A DNA stretch of 64,000 bases from Eledone cirrhosa (Eukaryota): the NCBI GenBank assembly GCA_964016885.1, contig OZ024757.1, positions 3,286,001 to 3,350,000 on the forward strand, in the 5' to 3' direction. Each line of letters starts with the position of its first letter. Within the stretch, counting starts at the first letter, position 1. Position numbers and translations under genes: made by a program. The notes beneath the pieces were generated by a model that had not been told where the DNA came from, did not search any database, and saw only the letters and a program-made list of their open reading frames with translations. Positions 1 through 13,900 of this stretch are shown one piece after another.

Positions 1-3000
1 GACATTCTAACTACATATCTGTAGTATCAGAGCTGTAATCTCTCAATTCTGAGATTCTTTCCGGAGACATTCTAACCACATGACCATAGTATCAGAGCTG
101 TGATCTCTCAATTCAGAGATTCCTTCCAGAGACATTCTAACCACATGTCTATAGTATCAGAGCTGTGATCTCTCCATTCAGAGATTCTTTCCTGAGACAT
201 TCTACCCACATATCTGTGGTATCAGCGCAGTGATCTCTAAATTCAGAGAATCTTTTCTCAGACATTCTAACCACATTTCTATAGTATCAGAGCTGTGATC
301 TCTCAATTCAGAGATTCTTTCCTCAGACATTCTAACCACATGTCTGTAGTATCAGAGCTGTGATCTCTCAATTTAGAAATTCTTTCCTGAGACGTTCTAA
401 CCACATGTCTTCAGTATTAGAGCTGTGATCTCTCAATCCAGTGATTCTTTCCTGAGACATTCTAACCACATGTCTGTAGTATCAGAGTTGTGATCTCTCA
501 ATTCAGATATTCTTTCCTGAGACATTGTAACTACATATATGTAGTATCAGAGCTGTAATCTCTCAATTCTGAGATTCTTTCCGGAGACATTCTAACCACA
601 TGACCAAAGTATCAGAGCTGTGATCTCTCAATTCAGAGATTCCTTCCAGAGACATTCTAACCACATGTCTATAGTATCAGAGCTGTGATCTCTCAATTCA
701 GAGATTCCTTCCTGAGACATTCTAACCACATATCTGTAGTATCAAAGCTGTGATCACTCAATTCAGAGATTCTTTCCTCAGACATTCTAACCACATGTAT
801 ATAGTATCATAGTTGTGGTCTTTCAATTCAGAGATTCTTTTCTCAAACATTTTAACCACATGTCTGTAGTATCAGAGCTGTAATATCTCAATTCAGAGAT
901 TCTTTCCAGAGACATTCTAACCACATGACCATAGTATCAGAGCTGTGATCTCTCAATTCAGAGATTCTTTCCTGAGACATTCTAACTACATGTCTGTAGT
1001 ATCAGAGCTGTAATCTCTCAAATCTGAGATTCTTTCCAGAGACATTCTAACCACATGACCATAGTATCAGAGCTGTGATCTCTCAATTCAGAGATTCCTT
1101 CCAGAGACATTCTAACCACATGTCTATAGTATCAGAGCTGTGATCTCTCCATTCAGAGATTCTTTCCTGAGACATTCTAACCACATGTCTATAGTATCAG
1201 AGCTGTGATCTCTCAATCCAGTGATTCTTTCCTGAGACATTCTAAACACATGTCTGTAGTATCAGAGCTGTGATCTCTCAATTCAGAGATTCTTTCCTCA
1301 GACATTCTAACTACATGTCTATAGTATCAGAGCTGTGATCTCTCCATTCAGAGATTCTTTCCTGAGACATTCTAACCACATGTCTATAGTATCAGAGCTG
1401 TGATCTCTCAATCCAGTGATTCTTTCCTGAGACATTCTAAACACATGTCTGTAGTATCAGAGCTGTGATCTTTCAATTCAGAGATTCTTTCCTCAGACAT
1501 TCTAACTACATGACCATAGTATCAGAGCTGTGATCTCTCAATTCAGAGATTCCTTCCAGAGACATTCTAACCACATGTCTATAGTATCAGAGCTGTGATC
1601 TCTCCATTCAGAGATTCTTTCCTGAGACTTTCTAACCACATGTCTATAGTATCAGAGCTGTGATCTCTCAATTCAGAGATTCTTTCCTGAGACATTCTAC
1701 CCACATATCTGTAGTATCAGCGCAGTGATCTCTAAATTCAGAGAATCCTTTCTCAGACATTCTAACCACATTTCTATAGTATCAGAGCTGTGATCTCTCA
1801 ATTCAGAGATTCTTTCCTCAGACATTCTAACCACATGTCTGTAGTATCAGAGCTGTGATCTCTCAATTTAAAATTCTTTCCTGAGACGTTCTAACCACAT
1901 GTCTTCAGTATTAGAGCTGTGATCTCTCAATCCAGTGATTCTTTCCTGAGACATTCTAACCACATGTCTGTAGTATCAGAGTTGTGATCTTTCGCTTCAG
2001 AGATTCTTTCCTCAGACATTCTAACTACATGTCTGTAGTATCAGAGCTGTAATCTCTCAAATCTGAGATTCTTTCCAGAGACATTCTAACCACATGACCA
2101 TAGTATCAGAGCTGTGATCTCTCAATTCAGAGATTCCTTCCAGAGACATTCTAACCACATGTCTATAGTATCAGAGCTGTGATCTCTCCATTCAGATATT
2201 CTTTCCTGAGACATTCTAACCACATGTCTATAGTATCAGAGCTGTGATCTCTCAATCCAGTGATTCTTTCCTGAGACATTCTAAACACATGTCTGTAGTA
2301 TCAGAGCTGTGATCTCTCAATTCAGAGATTCTTTCCTCAGACATTCTAAATACATGTCTGTAGTATCAGAGCTGTATCTCTCAATTCAGAGATTCTTTCC
2401 AGAGACATTCTAACCACATGACCATAGTATCAGAGCTGTGATCTCTCAATTCAGAGATTCATTCCTGAGACATTCTAACTACATATCTGTAGTATCAGAG
2501 CTGTAATCTCTCAATTCAGAGATTCTTTCCGGAGACATTCTAACCACATGACCATAGTATCAGAGCTGTGATCTCTCAATTCAGAGATTCCTTCCAGAGA
2601 CATTCTAACCACATGTCTATAGTATCAGAGCTGTGATCTCTCCATTCAGAGATTCTTTCCTGAGACTTTCTAACCACATGTCTATAGTATCAGAGCTGTG
2701 ATCTCTCAATTCAGAGATTCTTTCCTGAGACATTCTAACCAGATATCTGTAGTATCAGAGCTGTGATCTCTCAATTCAGAGATTCTTTCCTGAGACATTC
2801 TACCCACATATCTGTAGTATCAGCGCAGTGATCTCTAAATTCAGAGATTCTTTTCTCAGACATTCTAACCACATTTCTATAGTATCAGAGCTGTGATCTC
2901 TCAATTCAGAGATTCTTTCCTCAGACATTCTAACCACATGTCTGTAGTATCAGAGCTGTGATCTCTCAATTTAGAAATTCTTTCCTGAGACGTTCCAACC

Positions 3001-3724
3001 ACATGTCTTCAGTATTAGAGCTGTGATCTCTCAATCCAGTGATTCTTTCCTGAGACATTCTAACCACATGTCTGTAGTATCAGAGTTGTTATCTTTCACT
3101 TCAGAGATTCTTTCCTCAGACATTCTAACTACATGTCTGTAGTATCAGAGCTGTAATCTCTCAATTCAGAGATTCTTTCCTGAGACATTCTAACTACATA
3201 TATGTAGTATCAGAGCTGTAATCTCTCAATTCTGAGATTCTTTCCGGAGACATTCTAACCACATGACCATAGTATCAGAGCTGTGATCTCTCAATTCAGA
3301 GATTCCTTCCAGAGACATTCTAACCACATGACTATAGTATCAGAGCTGTGATCTCTCAATTCAGAGATTCCTTCCTGAGACATTGTAACCACATATCTGT
3401 AGTATCAAAGCTGTGATCACTCAATTCAGAGATTCTTTCCTCAGACATTCTAACCACATGTCTATAGTATCAGAGCCTTGATCTCTCAATTCAGGGTTTC
3501 TTTTCAGAGACATTCTAACCACATGTCTGTCGTATCAGCACTGTGAAATCCGAACTCAGAGATTCTTTCCTCAGACATTCTAAGCAGATGTCTGTAGTAT
3601 CAGAGCTGTGATCTCTCAATCCAGAGATTCTTTCCTGAGACATTCTAACCACATGACTGTGGTATCAGAGCTATGGTCTCTCATTTCAGAGATTCTTTCC
3701 CAAGATATTCTAACCCCATATCTA

Positions 3725-4900
3725 TAGTATCAGGGCTGTGATCTCTCAATTCAGAGATTCTTTCCTGAGACATTGTAACCAGATGTCTATAGTATCAGAG
3801 CTGTGATCTCTCAATTCAGAGCTTCTTTCCTGAGACATTCTACCCACATATCTGTAGTATCAGCGCAGTGATCTCTCAATTCAGAGATTCTTTTCTCAGA
3901 CATTCTAACCACATTTCTATAGTATCAGAGCTGTGATCTCTAAATTCAGAGATTCTTTCGTGAGACATTCTAACCACATGACTGTAGTATCAGAGCTGTG
4001 ATCTCTCAATTTAGAGATTCTTTCCTGAGACATTCTAACCACATGTCTTCAGTATTAGAACTGTGATCTCTCAATGCAGAGATTCTTTCCTCAGACATTC
4101 TAACCACATGTCTGTAGTATCAGAGCTGTGATCTCTCAATTTAGAAATTCTTTCCTGAGACGTTCTAAACACATGTCTTCAGTATTAGAGCTGTGATCTC
4201 TCAATCCAGTGATTCTTTCCTGAGACATTCTAAACACATGTCTGTAGTATCAGAGCTGTGATCTTTCAATTCAGAGATTCTTTCCTCAGACATTCTAACT
4301 ACTTGTCTGTAGTATCAGAGCTGTAATCTCTCAATTCAGAGATTCTTTCCAGAGACATTCTAACCACATGACCATAGTATCAGAGCTGTGATCTCTCAAT
4401 TCAGAGATTCTTTCCTAAGACATTCTAACTACATATCTGTAGTATCAGAGCTGTAATCTCTCAATTCTGAGATTCTTTCCGGAGACATTCTAACCACAGG
4501 ACAAGAGTATCAGGGCTGTGATCTCTCAATTCAGAGATTCTTTCCTGAGACATTGTAACCAGATGTCTATAGTATCAGAGCTGTGATCTCTCAATTCAGA
4601 GCTTCTTTCCTGAGACATTCTACCCACATATCTGTAGTATCAGCGCAGTGATCTCTCAATTCAGAGATTCTTTTCTCAGACATTCTAACCACATTTCTAT
4701 AGTATCAGAGCTGTGATCTCTCAATTCAGAGATTCTTTCCTGAGACATTCTAACCACATGTCTGTAGTATCAGAGCTGTGATCTCTCAATTTAGAAATTC
4801 TTTCCTGAGACATTCTAACCACATGTCTTCAGTATTAGAGCTGTGATCTCTCAATCCAGTGATTCTTTCCTGAGACATTCTAACCAAATGTCTGTAGTAT
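3725..4900. repeat. Block duplication at a 780-bp (12-monomer) offset
   Basis: The rare variant string cagggctgtg...cattgtaaccagatg...gagcttctttcc...tacccacata occurs at 3731 and 4511; 780 = 12x65. Confidence 0.75.
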
Positions 4901-7900
4901 CAGAGCTGTGATCTTTCAATTCAGAGATTCTTTCCTGAGACATTCTAACCAGATGTCTGTAGTATCAGAGCTGTGATCTCTCAATTCAGAGATTCCTTCC
5001 AGAGACATTCTAAACACATGTCTATAGTATCAGAGCTGTGATCTCTCCATTCAGAGATTCTTTCCTGAGACATTCTAACCACATGTCTATAGTATCAGAG
5101 CTGTGATCTCTCAATTCAGAGATTCTTTCCTGAGACATTCTAACCACATGTCTATAGTGTCAGAGCTGTGATCTCTCAATTCAGAGATTCTTTCCTGAGA
5201 TATTCTAACCACATATCTGTAGTATCAAAGCAGTGATCACTCAATTCAGAGATTCTTTCCTCAGACATTCTAACCATATGTCTATAGTATCAGAGCCTTG
5301 ATCTCTCAATTCAGGGTTTCTTTTCAGAGACATTCTAACCACATGTCTGTCGTATCAGCACTGTGATATCTGAACTCAGAGATTCTTTCCTCAGACATTC
5401 TAACCAGATGCCTGTAGTATCAGAGCTGTGATCTCTCAATTCAGAGATTCTTTCGTGAGACATTCTAACCATATGACTGTAGTATCAGAGCTGTGATCTC
5501 TCAATTTAGAGATTCTTTCCTGAGACATTCTAACCACATGTCTTCAGTATTAGAGCTGTGATCTCTCAATCCAGAGATTCTTTTCTCAGACATTCTAACC
5601 ACATGTCTGTAGTATCAGACCTGTAATCTCTCAATTCAGAGATTCTTTCCAGAGACATTCTAACCACATGACATAGTATCAGAGCTGTGATCTCTCAATT
5701 CAGAGATTCCTTCCAGAGACATTCTAACCCCATGTCTATAGTAGCAGAGCTGTAATATCTCAATTCAGAGATTCTTTCCAGAGACATTCTAACCACATGA
5801 CCATAGTATCAGAGCTGTGATCTCTCCATTCAGAGATTCTTTCCTGAGACATTCTAATCACATGTCTATAGTATCAGAGCTGTGATCTCTCAATTCAGAG
5901 ATTCTTTCCTGAGACATTCTAACCAGATGTCTGTAGTATCAGAGCTGTGATCTCTCAATTCAGAGATTCTTTCCTGAGACATTCTACCACATATCTGTAG
6001 TATCAGCGCAGTGATCTCTCAATTCAGAGATTCTTTTCTCAGACATTCTAACCACATTTCTATAGTATCAGAGCTGTGATCTCTCAATTCAGAGATTCTT
6101 TCCTGAGACATTCTAACCACATGTCTGTAGTATCAGAGCTGTGATCTCTCAATATAGAAATTCTTTCCTGAGACTTTCTAACCACATGTCTTCAGTATTA
6201 GAGCTGTGATCTCTCAATCCAGTGATTCTTTCCTGAGACATTCTACCACATATCTGTAGTATCAGCGCAGTGATCTCTCAATTCAGAGATTCTTTTCTCA
6301 GACATTCTAACTACATGTCTGTAGTATCAGAGCTGTAATCTCTCAATTCAGAGATTCTTTCCAGAGACATTCTAACCACATGACCATAGTATCAGAGCTG
6401 TGATCTCTCAATTCAGAGATTCTTTCCTGAGACATTCTAACTACATGTCTGTAGTATCAGAGCTGTAATCTCTCAATTCAGAGATTCTTTCCGGAGACAT
6501 TCTAACCACATGACTAGTTATCAGAGCTGTGATCTCTCAATTCAGAGATTCCTTCCAGAGACATTCTAACCACATGTCTATAGTATCAGAGCTGTGATCT
6601 CTCCATTCAGAGATTCTTTCCTGAGACATTCTAACCACATGTCTATAGTATCAGAGCTGTGATGTCTCAATTCAGAGATTCTTTCCTGAGACATTCTAAC
6701 CACATGGCTGTAGTATCAGAGCTGTGATCTCTCAATTCAGAGATTCTTTTCTCAGACATTCTAACCCCATATCTATAGTATCAGAGCTGTGATCTCTCAA
6801 TTCAAAGATTCTTTCCAGAGATATTCTTACCACATTTCTGAAGTATCAGAGCTGTGATCTCTCAATTCAGAGATTATTTCCTTAGACATTCTAACCACAT
6901 GTCTGTAGTATCAAAGCTGTGATCACTCAATTCAGAGATTCTTTCCTCAGACATTCTAACCACATGTCTATAGTATCAGAGCCTTGATCTCTCAATTCAG
7001 GGTTTCTTTTCAGAGACATTCTAACCACATGTCTGTCGTATCAGCACTGTGATATCCGAACTCAGAGATTCTTTCCTCAGACATTCTAACCAGATGCCTG
7101 TAGTATCAGAGCTGTGATCTCTCAATCCAGAGATTCTTTCCAGAGACATTCTAACCACATGACTGTGGTATCAGAGCTATGGTCTCTCATTTCAGAGATT
7201 CTTTCCCAAGATATTCTAACCACATATCTATAGTATTAGGGCTGTGATCTCTCAATTCAGAGATTCTTTCCTGAGACATTCTAACCAGATGTCTGTAGTA
7301 TCAGAGCTGTGATCTCTCAATTCAGAGATTCTTTCCTGAGACATTCTACCCACATATCTGTAGTATCAGCGCAGTGATCTCTCAATTCAGAGATTCTTTT
7401 CTCAGACATTCTAACCACATTTCTATAGTATCAGAGCTGTGATCTCTAAATTCAGAGATTCTTTCGTGAGACATTCTAACCACATGACTGTAGTATCAGA
7501 GCTGTGATCTCTCAATTTAGAGATTCTTTCCTGAGACATTCTAACCACATGTCTTCAGTATTAGAGCTGTGATCTCTCAATCCAGAGATTCTTTTCTCAG
7601 ACATTCTAACCACATGTCTGTAGTATCAGACCTGTAATCTCTCAATTCAGAGATTCTTTCCAGAGACATTCTAACCACATGACATAGTATCAGAGCTGTG
7701 ATCTCTCAATTCAGAGATTCCTTCCAGAGACATTCTAACCCCATGTCTATAGTATCAGAGCTGTGATCTCTCCATTCAGAGATTCTTTCCTGAGACATTC
7801 TAACCACATGTATATAGTATCATAGCTGTGGTCTCTCAATTCAGAGATTCTTTTCTCAAACATTTTAACCACATGTCTGTAGTATCAGATCTGTGATCTC

Positions 7901-10900
7901 TCAATTCAGAGATTCTTTCCAGAGACATTCTAACTACATGTCTGTAGTATCAGAGCTGTAATATCTCAATTCTGAGATTCTTTCCAGAGACATTCTAACC
8001 ACATGACCATAGTATCAGAGCTGTGATCTCTCAATTCAGAGATTCCTTCCAGAGACATTCTAACCACATGTCTATAGTATCAGAGCTGTGATCTCTCCAT
8101 TCAGAGATTCTTTCCTGAGACATTCTAACCACATGTCTATAGTATCAGAGCTGTGATCTCTCAATTCAGAGATTCTTTCCTGAGACATTCTAACCAGATA
8201 TCTGTAGTATCAGAGCTGTGATCTCTCAATTCAGAGATTCTTTCCTGAGACATTCTACCCACATATCTGTAGTATCAGCGTAGTGATCTCTAAATTCAGA
8301 GATTCTTTTCTCAGACATTCTAACCATATTTCTATAGTATCAGAGCTGTGATCTCTCCATTCAGAGATTCTTTCCTCAGACATTCTAACCACATGTCTGT
8401 AGTATCAGAGCTGTGATCTCTCAATTTAGAAATTCTTTCCTGAGACGTTCTAACCACATGTCTTCAGTATTAGAGCTGTGATCTCTCAATTCAGAGATTC
8501 TTTCCTGAGACATTCTAACCACATGTCTGTAGTATCAGAGCTGTGATCTCTCAATTTAGAAATTCTTTCCTGAGACATTCTAACCACATGTCTTCAGTAT
8601 TAGAACTGTGATCTCTCAATCCAGTGATTCTTTCCTGAGACATTCTAACCAAATGTCTGTAGTATCAGAGCTGTGATCTTTCAATTCAGAGATTCTTTCC
8701 TGAGACATTCTAACCAGATGTCTGTAGTATCAGAGCTGTGATCTCTCAATTCAAAAATTCCTTCCAGAGACATTCTAAACACATGTCTATAGTATCAGAG
8801 CTGTGATCTCTCCATTCAGAGATTCTTTCCTGAGACATTCTAACCACATGTCTATAGTATCAGAGCTGTGATCTCTCAATTCAGAGATTCTTTCCTGAGA
8901 CATTCTAACCACATGTCTATAGTGTCAGAGCTGTGATCTCTCAATTCAGAGATTCTTTCCTGAGATATTCTAACCACATATCTGTAGTATCAAAGCAGTG
9001 ATCACTCAATTCAGAGATTCTTTCCTCAGACATTCTAACCATATGTCTATAGTATCAGAGCCTTGATCTCTCAATTCAGGGTTTCTTTTCAGAGACATTC
9101 TAACCACATGTCTGTCGTATCAGCACTGTGATATCTGAACTCAGAGATTCTTTCCTCAGACATTCTAACCAGATGCCTGTAGTATCAGAGCTGTGATCTC
9201 TCAATTCAGAGATTCTTTCGTGAGACATTCAAACCATATGACTGTAGTATCAGAGCTGTGATCTCTCAATTTAGAGATTCTTTCCTGAGACATTCTAACC
9301 ACATGTCTTCAGTATTAGAGCTGTGATCTCTCAATCCAGAGATTCTTTTCTCAGACATTCTAACCACATGTCTGTAGTATCAGACCTGTAATCTCTCAAT
9401 TCAGAGATCCTTTCCAGAGACATTCTAACCACATGACATAGTATCAGAGCTGTGATCTCTCAATTCAGAGATTCCTTCCAGAGACATTCTAACCCCATGT
9501 CTATAGTAGCAGAGCTGTAATATCTCAATTCAGAGATTCTTTCCAGAGACATTCTAACCACATGACCATAGTATCAGAGCTGTGATCTCTCCATTCAGAG
9601 ATTCTTTCCTGAGACATTCTAACCACATGTCTATAGTATCAGAGCTGTGATCTCTCAATTCAGAGATCCTTTCCTGAGACATTCTAACCAGATGTCTGTA
9701 GTATCAGAGCTGTGATCTCTCAATTCAGAGATTCTTTCCTGAGACATTCCACCACATATCTGTAGTATCAGCGCAGTGATCTCTCAATTCAAAGATTCTT
9801 TTCTCAGACATTCTAACCACATTTCTATAGTATCAGAGCTGTGATCTCTCAATTCAGAGATTCTTTCCTGAGACATTCTAACCACATGTCTGTAGTATCA
9901 GAGCTGTGATCTCTCAATATAGAAATTCTTTCCTGAGACTTTCTAACCACATGTCTTCAGTATTAGAGCTGTGATCTCTCAATTCAGAGATTCTTTCCAG
10001 AGACATTCTAACCACATGACATAGTATCAGAGCTGTGATCTCTCAATTCAGAGATTCCTTCCAGAGACATTCTAACCCCATGTCTATAGTATCAGAGCTG
10101 TGATCTCTCCATTCAGAGATTCTTTCCTGAGACATTCTAACCACATGTATATAGTATCATAGCTGTGGTCTCTCAATTCAGAGATTCTTTTCTCAAACAT
10201 TTTAACCACATGTCTGTAGTATCAGATCTGTGATCTCTCAATTCAGAGATTCTTTCCAGAGACATTCTAACTACATGTCTGTAGTATCAGAGCTGTAATA
10301 TCTCAATTCTGAGATTCTTTCCAGAGACATTCTAACCACATGACCATAGTATCAGAGCTGTGATCTCTCAATTCAGAGATTCCTTCCAGAGACATTCTAA
10401 CCACATGTCTATAGTATCAGAGCTGTGATCTCTCCATTCAGAGATTCTTTCCTGAGACATTCTAACCACATGTCTATAGTATCAGAGCTGTGATCTCTCA
10501 ATTCAGAGATTCTTTCCTGAGACATTCTAACCAGATATCTGTAGTATCAGAGCTGTGATCTCTCAATTCAGAGATTCTTTCCTGAGACATTCTACACACA
10601 TATCTGTAGTATCAGCGTAGTGATCTCTAAATTCAGAGATTCTTTTCTCAGACATTCTAACCATATTTCTATAGTATCAGAGCTGTGATCTCTCAATTCA
10701 GAGATTCTTTCCTCAGACATTCTAACCACATGTCTGTAGTATCAGAGCTGTGATCTCTCAATTTAGAAATTCTTTCCTGAGACGTTCTAACCACATGTCT
10801 TCAGTATTAGAGCTGTGATCTCTCAATTCAGAGATTCTTTCCTGAGACATTCTAACCACATGTCTGTAGTATCAGAGCTGTGATCTCTCAATTTAGAAAT

Positions 10901-13900
10901 TCTTTCCTGAGACATTCTAACCACATGTCTTCAGTATTAGAGCTGTGATCTCTCAATCCAGTGATTCTTTCCTGAGACATTCTAACCAAATGTCTGTAGT
11001 ATCAGAGCTGTGATCTCTCAATTCAAAAATTCCTTCCAGAGACATTCTAAACACATGTCTATAGTATCAGAGCTGTGATCTCTCCATTCAGAGATTCTTT
11101 CCTGAGACATTCTAACCACATGTCTATAGTATCAGAGCTGTGATCTCTCAATTCAGAGATTCTTTCCTGAGACATTCTAACCACATGTCTATAGTGTCAG
11201 AGCTGTGATCTCTCAATTCAGAGATTCTTTCCTGAGATATTCTAACCACATATCTGTAGTATCAAAGCAGTGATCACTCAATTCAGAGATTCTTTCCTCA
11301 GACATTCTAACCATATGTCTATAGTATCAGAGCCTTGATCTCTCAATTCAGGGTTTCTTTTCAGAGACATTCTAACCACATGTCTGTCGTATCAGCACTG
11401 TGATATCTGAACTCAGAGATTCTTTCCTCAGACATTCTAACCAGATGCCTGTAGTATCAGAGCTGTGATCTCTCAATTCAGAGATTCTTTCGTGAGACAT
11501 TCTAACCATATGACTGTAGTATCAGAGCTGTGATCTCTCAATTTAGAGATTCTTTCCTGAGACATTCTAACCACATGTCTTCAGTATTAGAGCTGTGATC
11601 TCTCAATCCAGAGATTCTTTTCTCAGACATTCTAACCACATGTCTGTAGTATCAGACCTGTAATCTCTCAATTCAGAGATCCTTTCCAGAGACATTCTAA
11701 CCACATGACATAGTATCAGAGCTGTGATCTCTCAATTCAGAGATTCCTTCCAGAGACATTCTAACCCCATGTCTATAGTAGCAGAGCTGTAATATCTCAA
11801 TTCAGAGATTCTTTCCAGAGACATTCTAACCACATGACCATAGTATCAGAGCTGTGATCTCTCCATTCAGAGATTCTTTCCTGAGACATTCTAACCACAT
11901 GTCTATAGTATCAGAGCTGTGATCTCTCAATTCAGAGATTCTTTCCTGAGACATTCTAACCAGATGTCTGTAGTATCAGAGCTGTGATCTCTCAATTCAG
12001 AGATTCTTTCCTGAGACATTCCACCACATATCTGTAGTATCAGCGCAGTGATCTCTCAATTCAAAGATTCTTTTCTCAGACATTCTAACCACATTTCTAT
12101 AGTATCAGAGCTGTGATCTCTCAATTCAGAGATTCTTTCCTGAGACATTCTAACCACATGTCTGTAGTATCAGAGCTGTGATCTCTCAATATAGAAATTC
12201 TTTCCTGAGACTTTCTAACCACATGTCTTCAGTATTAGAGCTGTGATCTCTCAATTCAGAGATTCTTTCCAGAGACATTCTAACCACATGACATAGTATC
12301 AGAGCTGTGATCTCTCAATTCAGAGATTCCTTCCAGAGACATTCTAACCCCATGTCTATAGTATCAGAGCTGTGATCTCTCCATTCAGAGATTCTTTCCT
12401 GAGACATTCTAACCACATGTATATAGTATCATAGCTGTGGTCTCTCAATTCAGAGATTCTTTTCTCAAACATTTTAACCACATGTCTGTAGTATCAGATC
12501 TGTGATCTCTCAATTCAGAGATTCTTTCCAGAGACATTCTAACTACATGTCTGTAGTATCAGAGCTGTAATATCTCAATTCTGAGATTCTTTCCAGAGAC
12601 ATTCTAACCACATGACCATAGTATCAGAGCTGTGATCTCTCAATTCAGAGATTCCTTCCAGAGACATTCTAACCACATGTCTATAGTATCAGAGCTGTGA
12701 TCTCTCCATTCAGAGATTCTTTCCTGAGACATTCTAACCACATGTCTATAGTATCAGAGCTGTGATCTCTCAATTCAGAGATTCTTTCCTGAGACATTCT
12801 AACCAGATATCTGTAGTATCAGAGCTGTGATCTCTCAATTCAGAGATTCTTTCCTGAGACATTCTACCCACATATCTGTAGTATCAGCGTAGTGATCTCT
12901 AAATTCAGAGATTCTTTTCTCAGACATTCTAACCATATTTCTATAGTATCAGAGCTGTGATCTCTCAATTCAGAGATTCTTTCCTCAGACATTCTAACCA
13001 CATGTCTGTAGTATCAGAGCTGTGATCTCTCAATTTAGAAATTCTTTCCTGAGACGTTCTAACCACATGTCTTCAGTATTAGAGCTGTGATCTCTCAATT
13101 CAGAGATTCTTTCCTGAGACATTCTAACCACATGTCTGTAGTATCAGAGCTGTGATCTCTCAATTTAGAAATTCTTTCCTGAGACATTCTAACCACATGT
13201 CTTCAGTATTAGAGCTGTGATCTCTCAATCCAGTGATTCTTTCCTGAGACATTCTAACCAAATGTCTGTAGTATCAGAGCTGTGATCTCTCAATTCAAAA
13301 ATTCCTTCCAGAGACATTCTAAACACATGTCTATAGTATCAGAGCTGTGATCTCTCCATTCAGAGATTCTTTCCTGAGACATTCTAACCACATGTCTATA
13401 GTATCAGAGCTGTGATCTCTCAATTCAGAGATTCTTTCCTGAGACATTCTAACCACATGTGTATAGTGTCAGAGCTGTGATCTCTCAATTCAGAGATTCT
13501 TTCCTGAGATATTCTAACCACATATCTGTAGTATCAAAGCAGTGATCACTCAATTCAGAGATTCTTTCCTCAGACATTCTAACCATATGTCTATAGTATC
13601 AGAGCCTTGATCTCTCAATTCAGGGTTTCTTTTCAGAGACATTCTAACCACATGTCTGTCGTATCAGCACTGTGATATCTGAACTCAGAGATTCTTTCCT
13701 CAGACATTCTAACCAGATGCCTGTAGTATCAGAGCTGTGATCTCTCAATTCAGAGATTCTTTCGTGAGACATTCTAACCATATGACTGTAGTATCAGAGC
13801 TGTGATCTCTCAATTTAGAGATTCTTTCCTGAGACATTCTAACCACATGTCTTCAGTATTAGAGCTGTGATCTCTCAATCCAGAGATTCTTTTCTCAGAC

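Noticed and set aside
657-662. Telomere-like hexamer CTAACC (permutation of CCCTAA) in each monomer
   Set aside because: It is a single isolated hexamer, never tandem, and is expected by chance. It is not evidence of telomeric origin.
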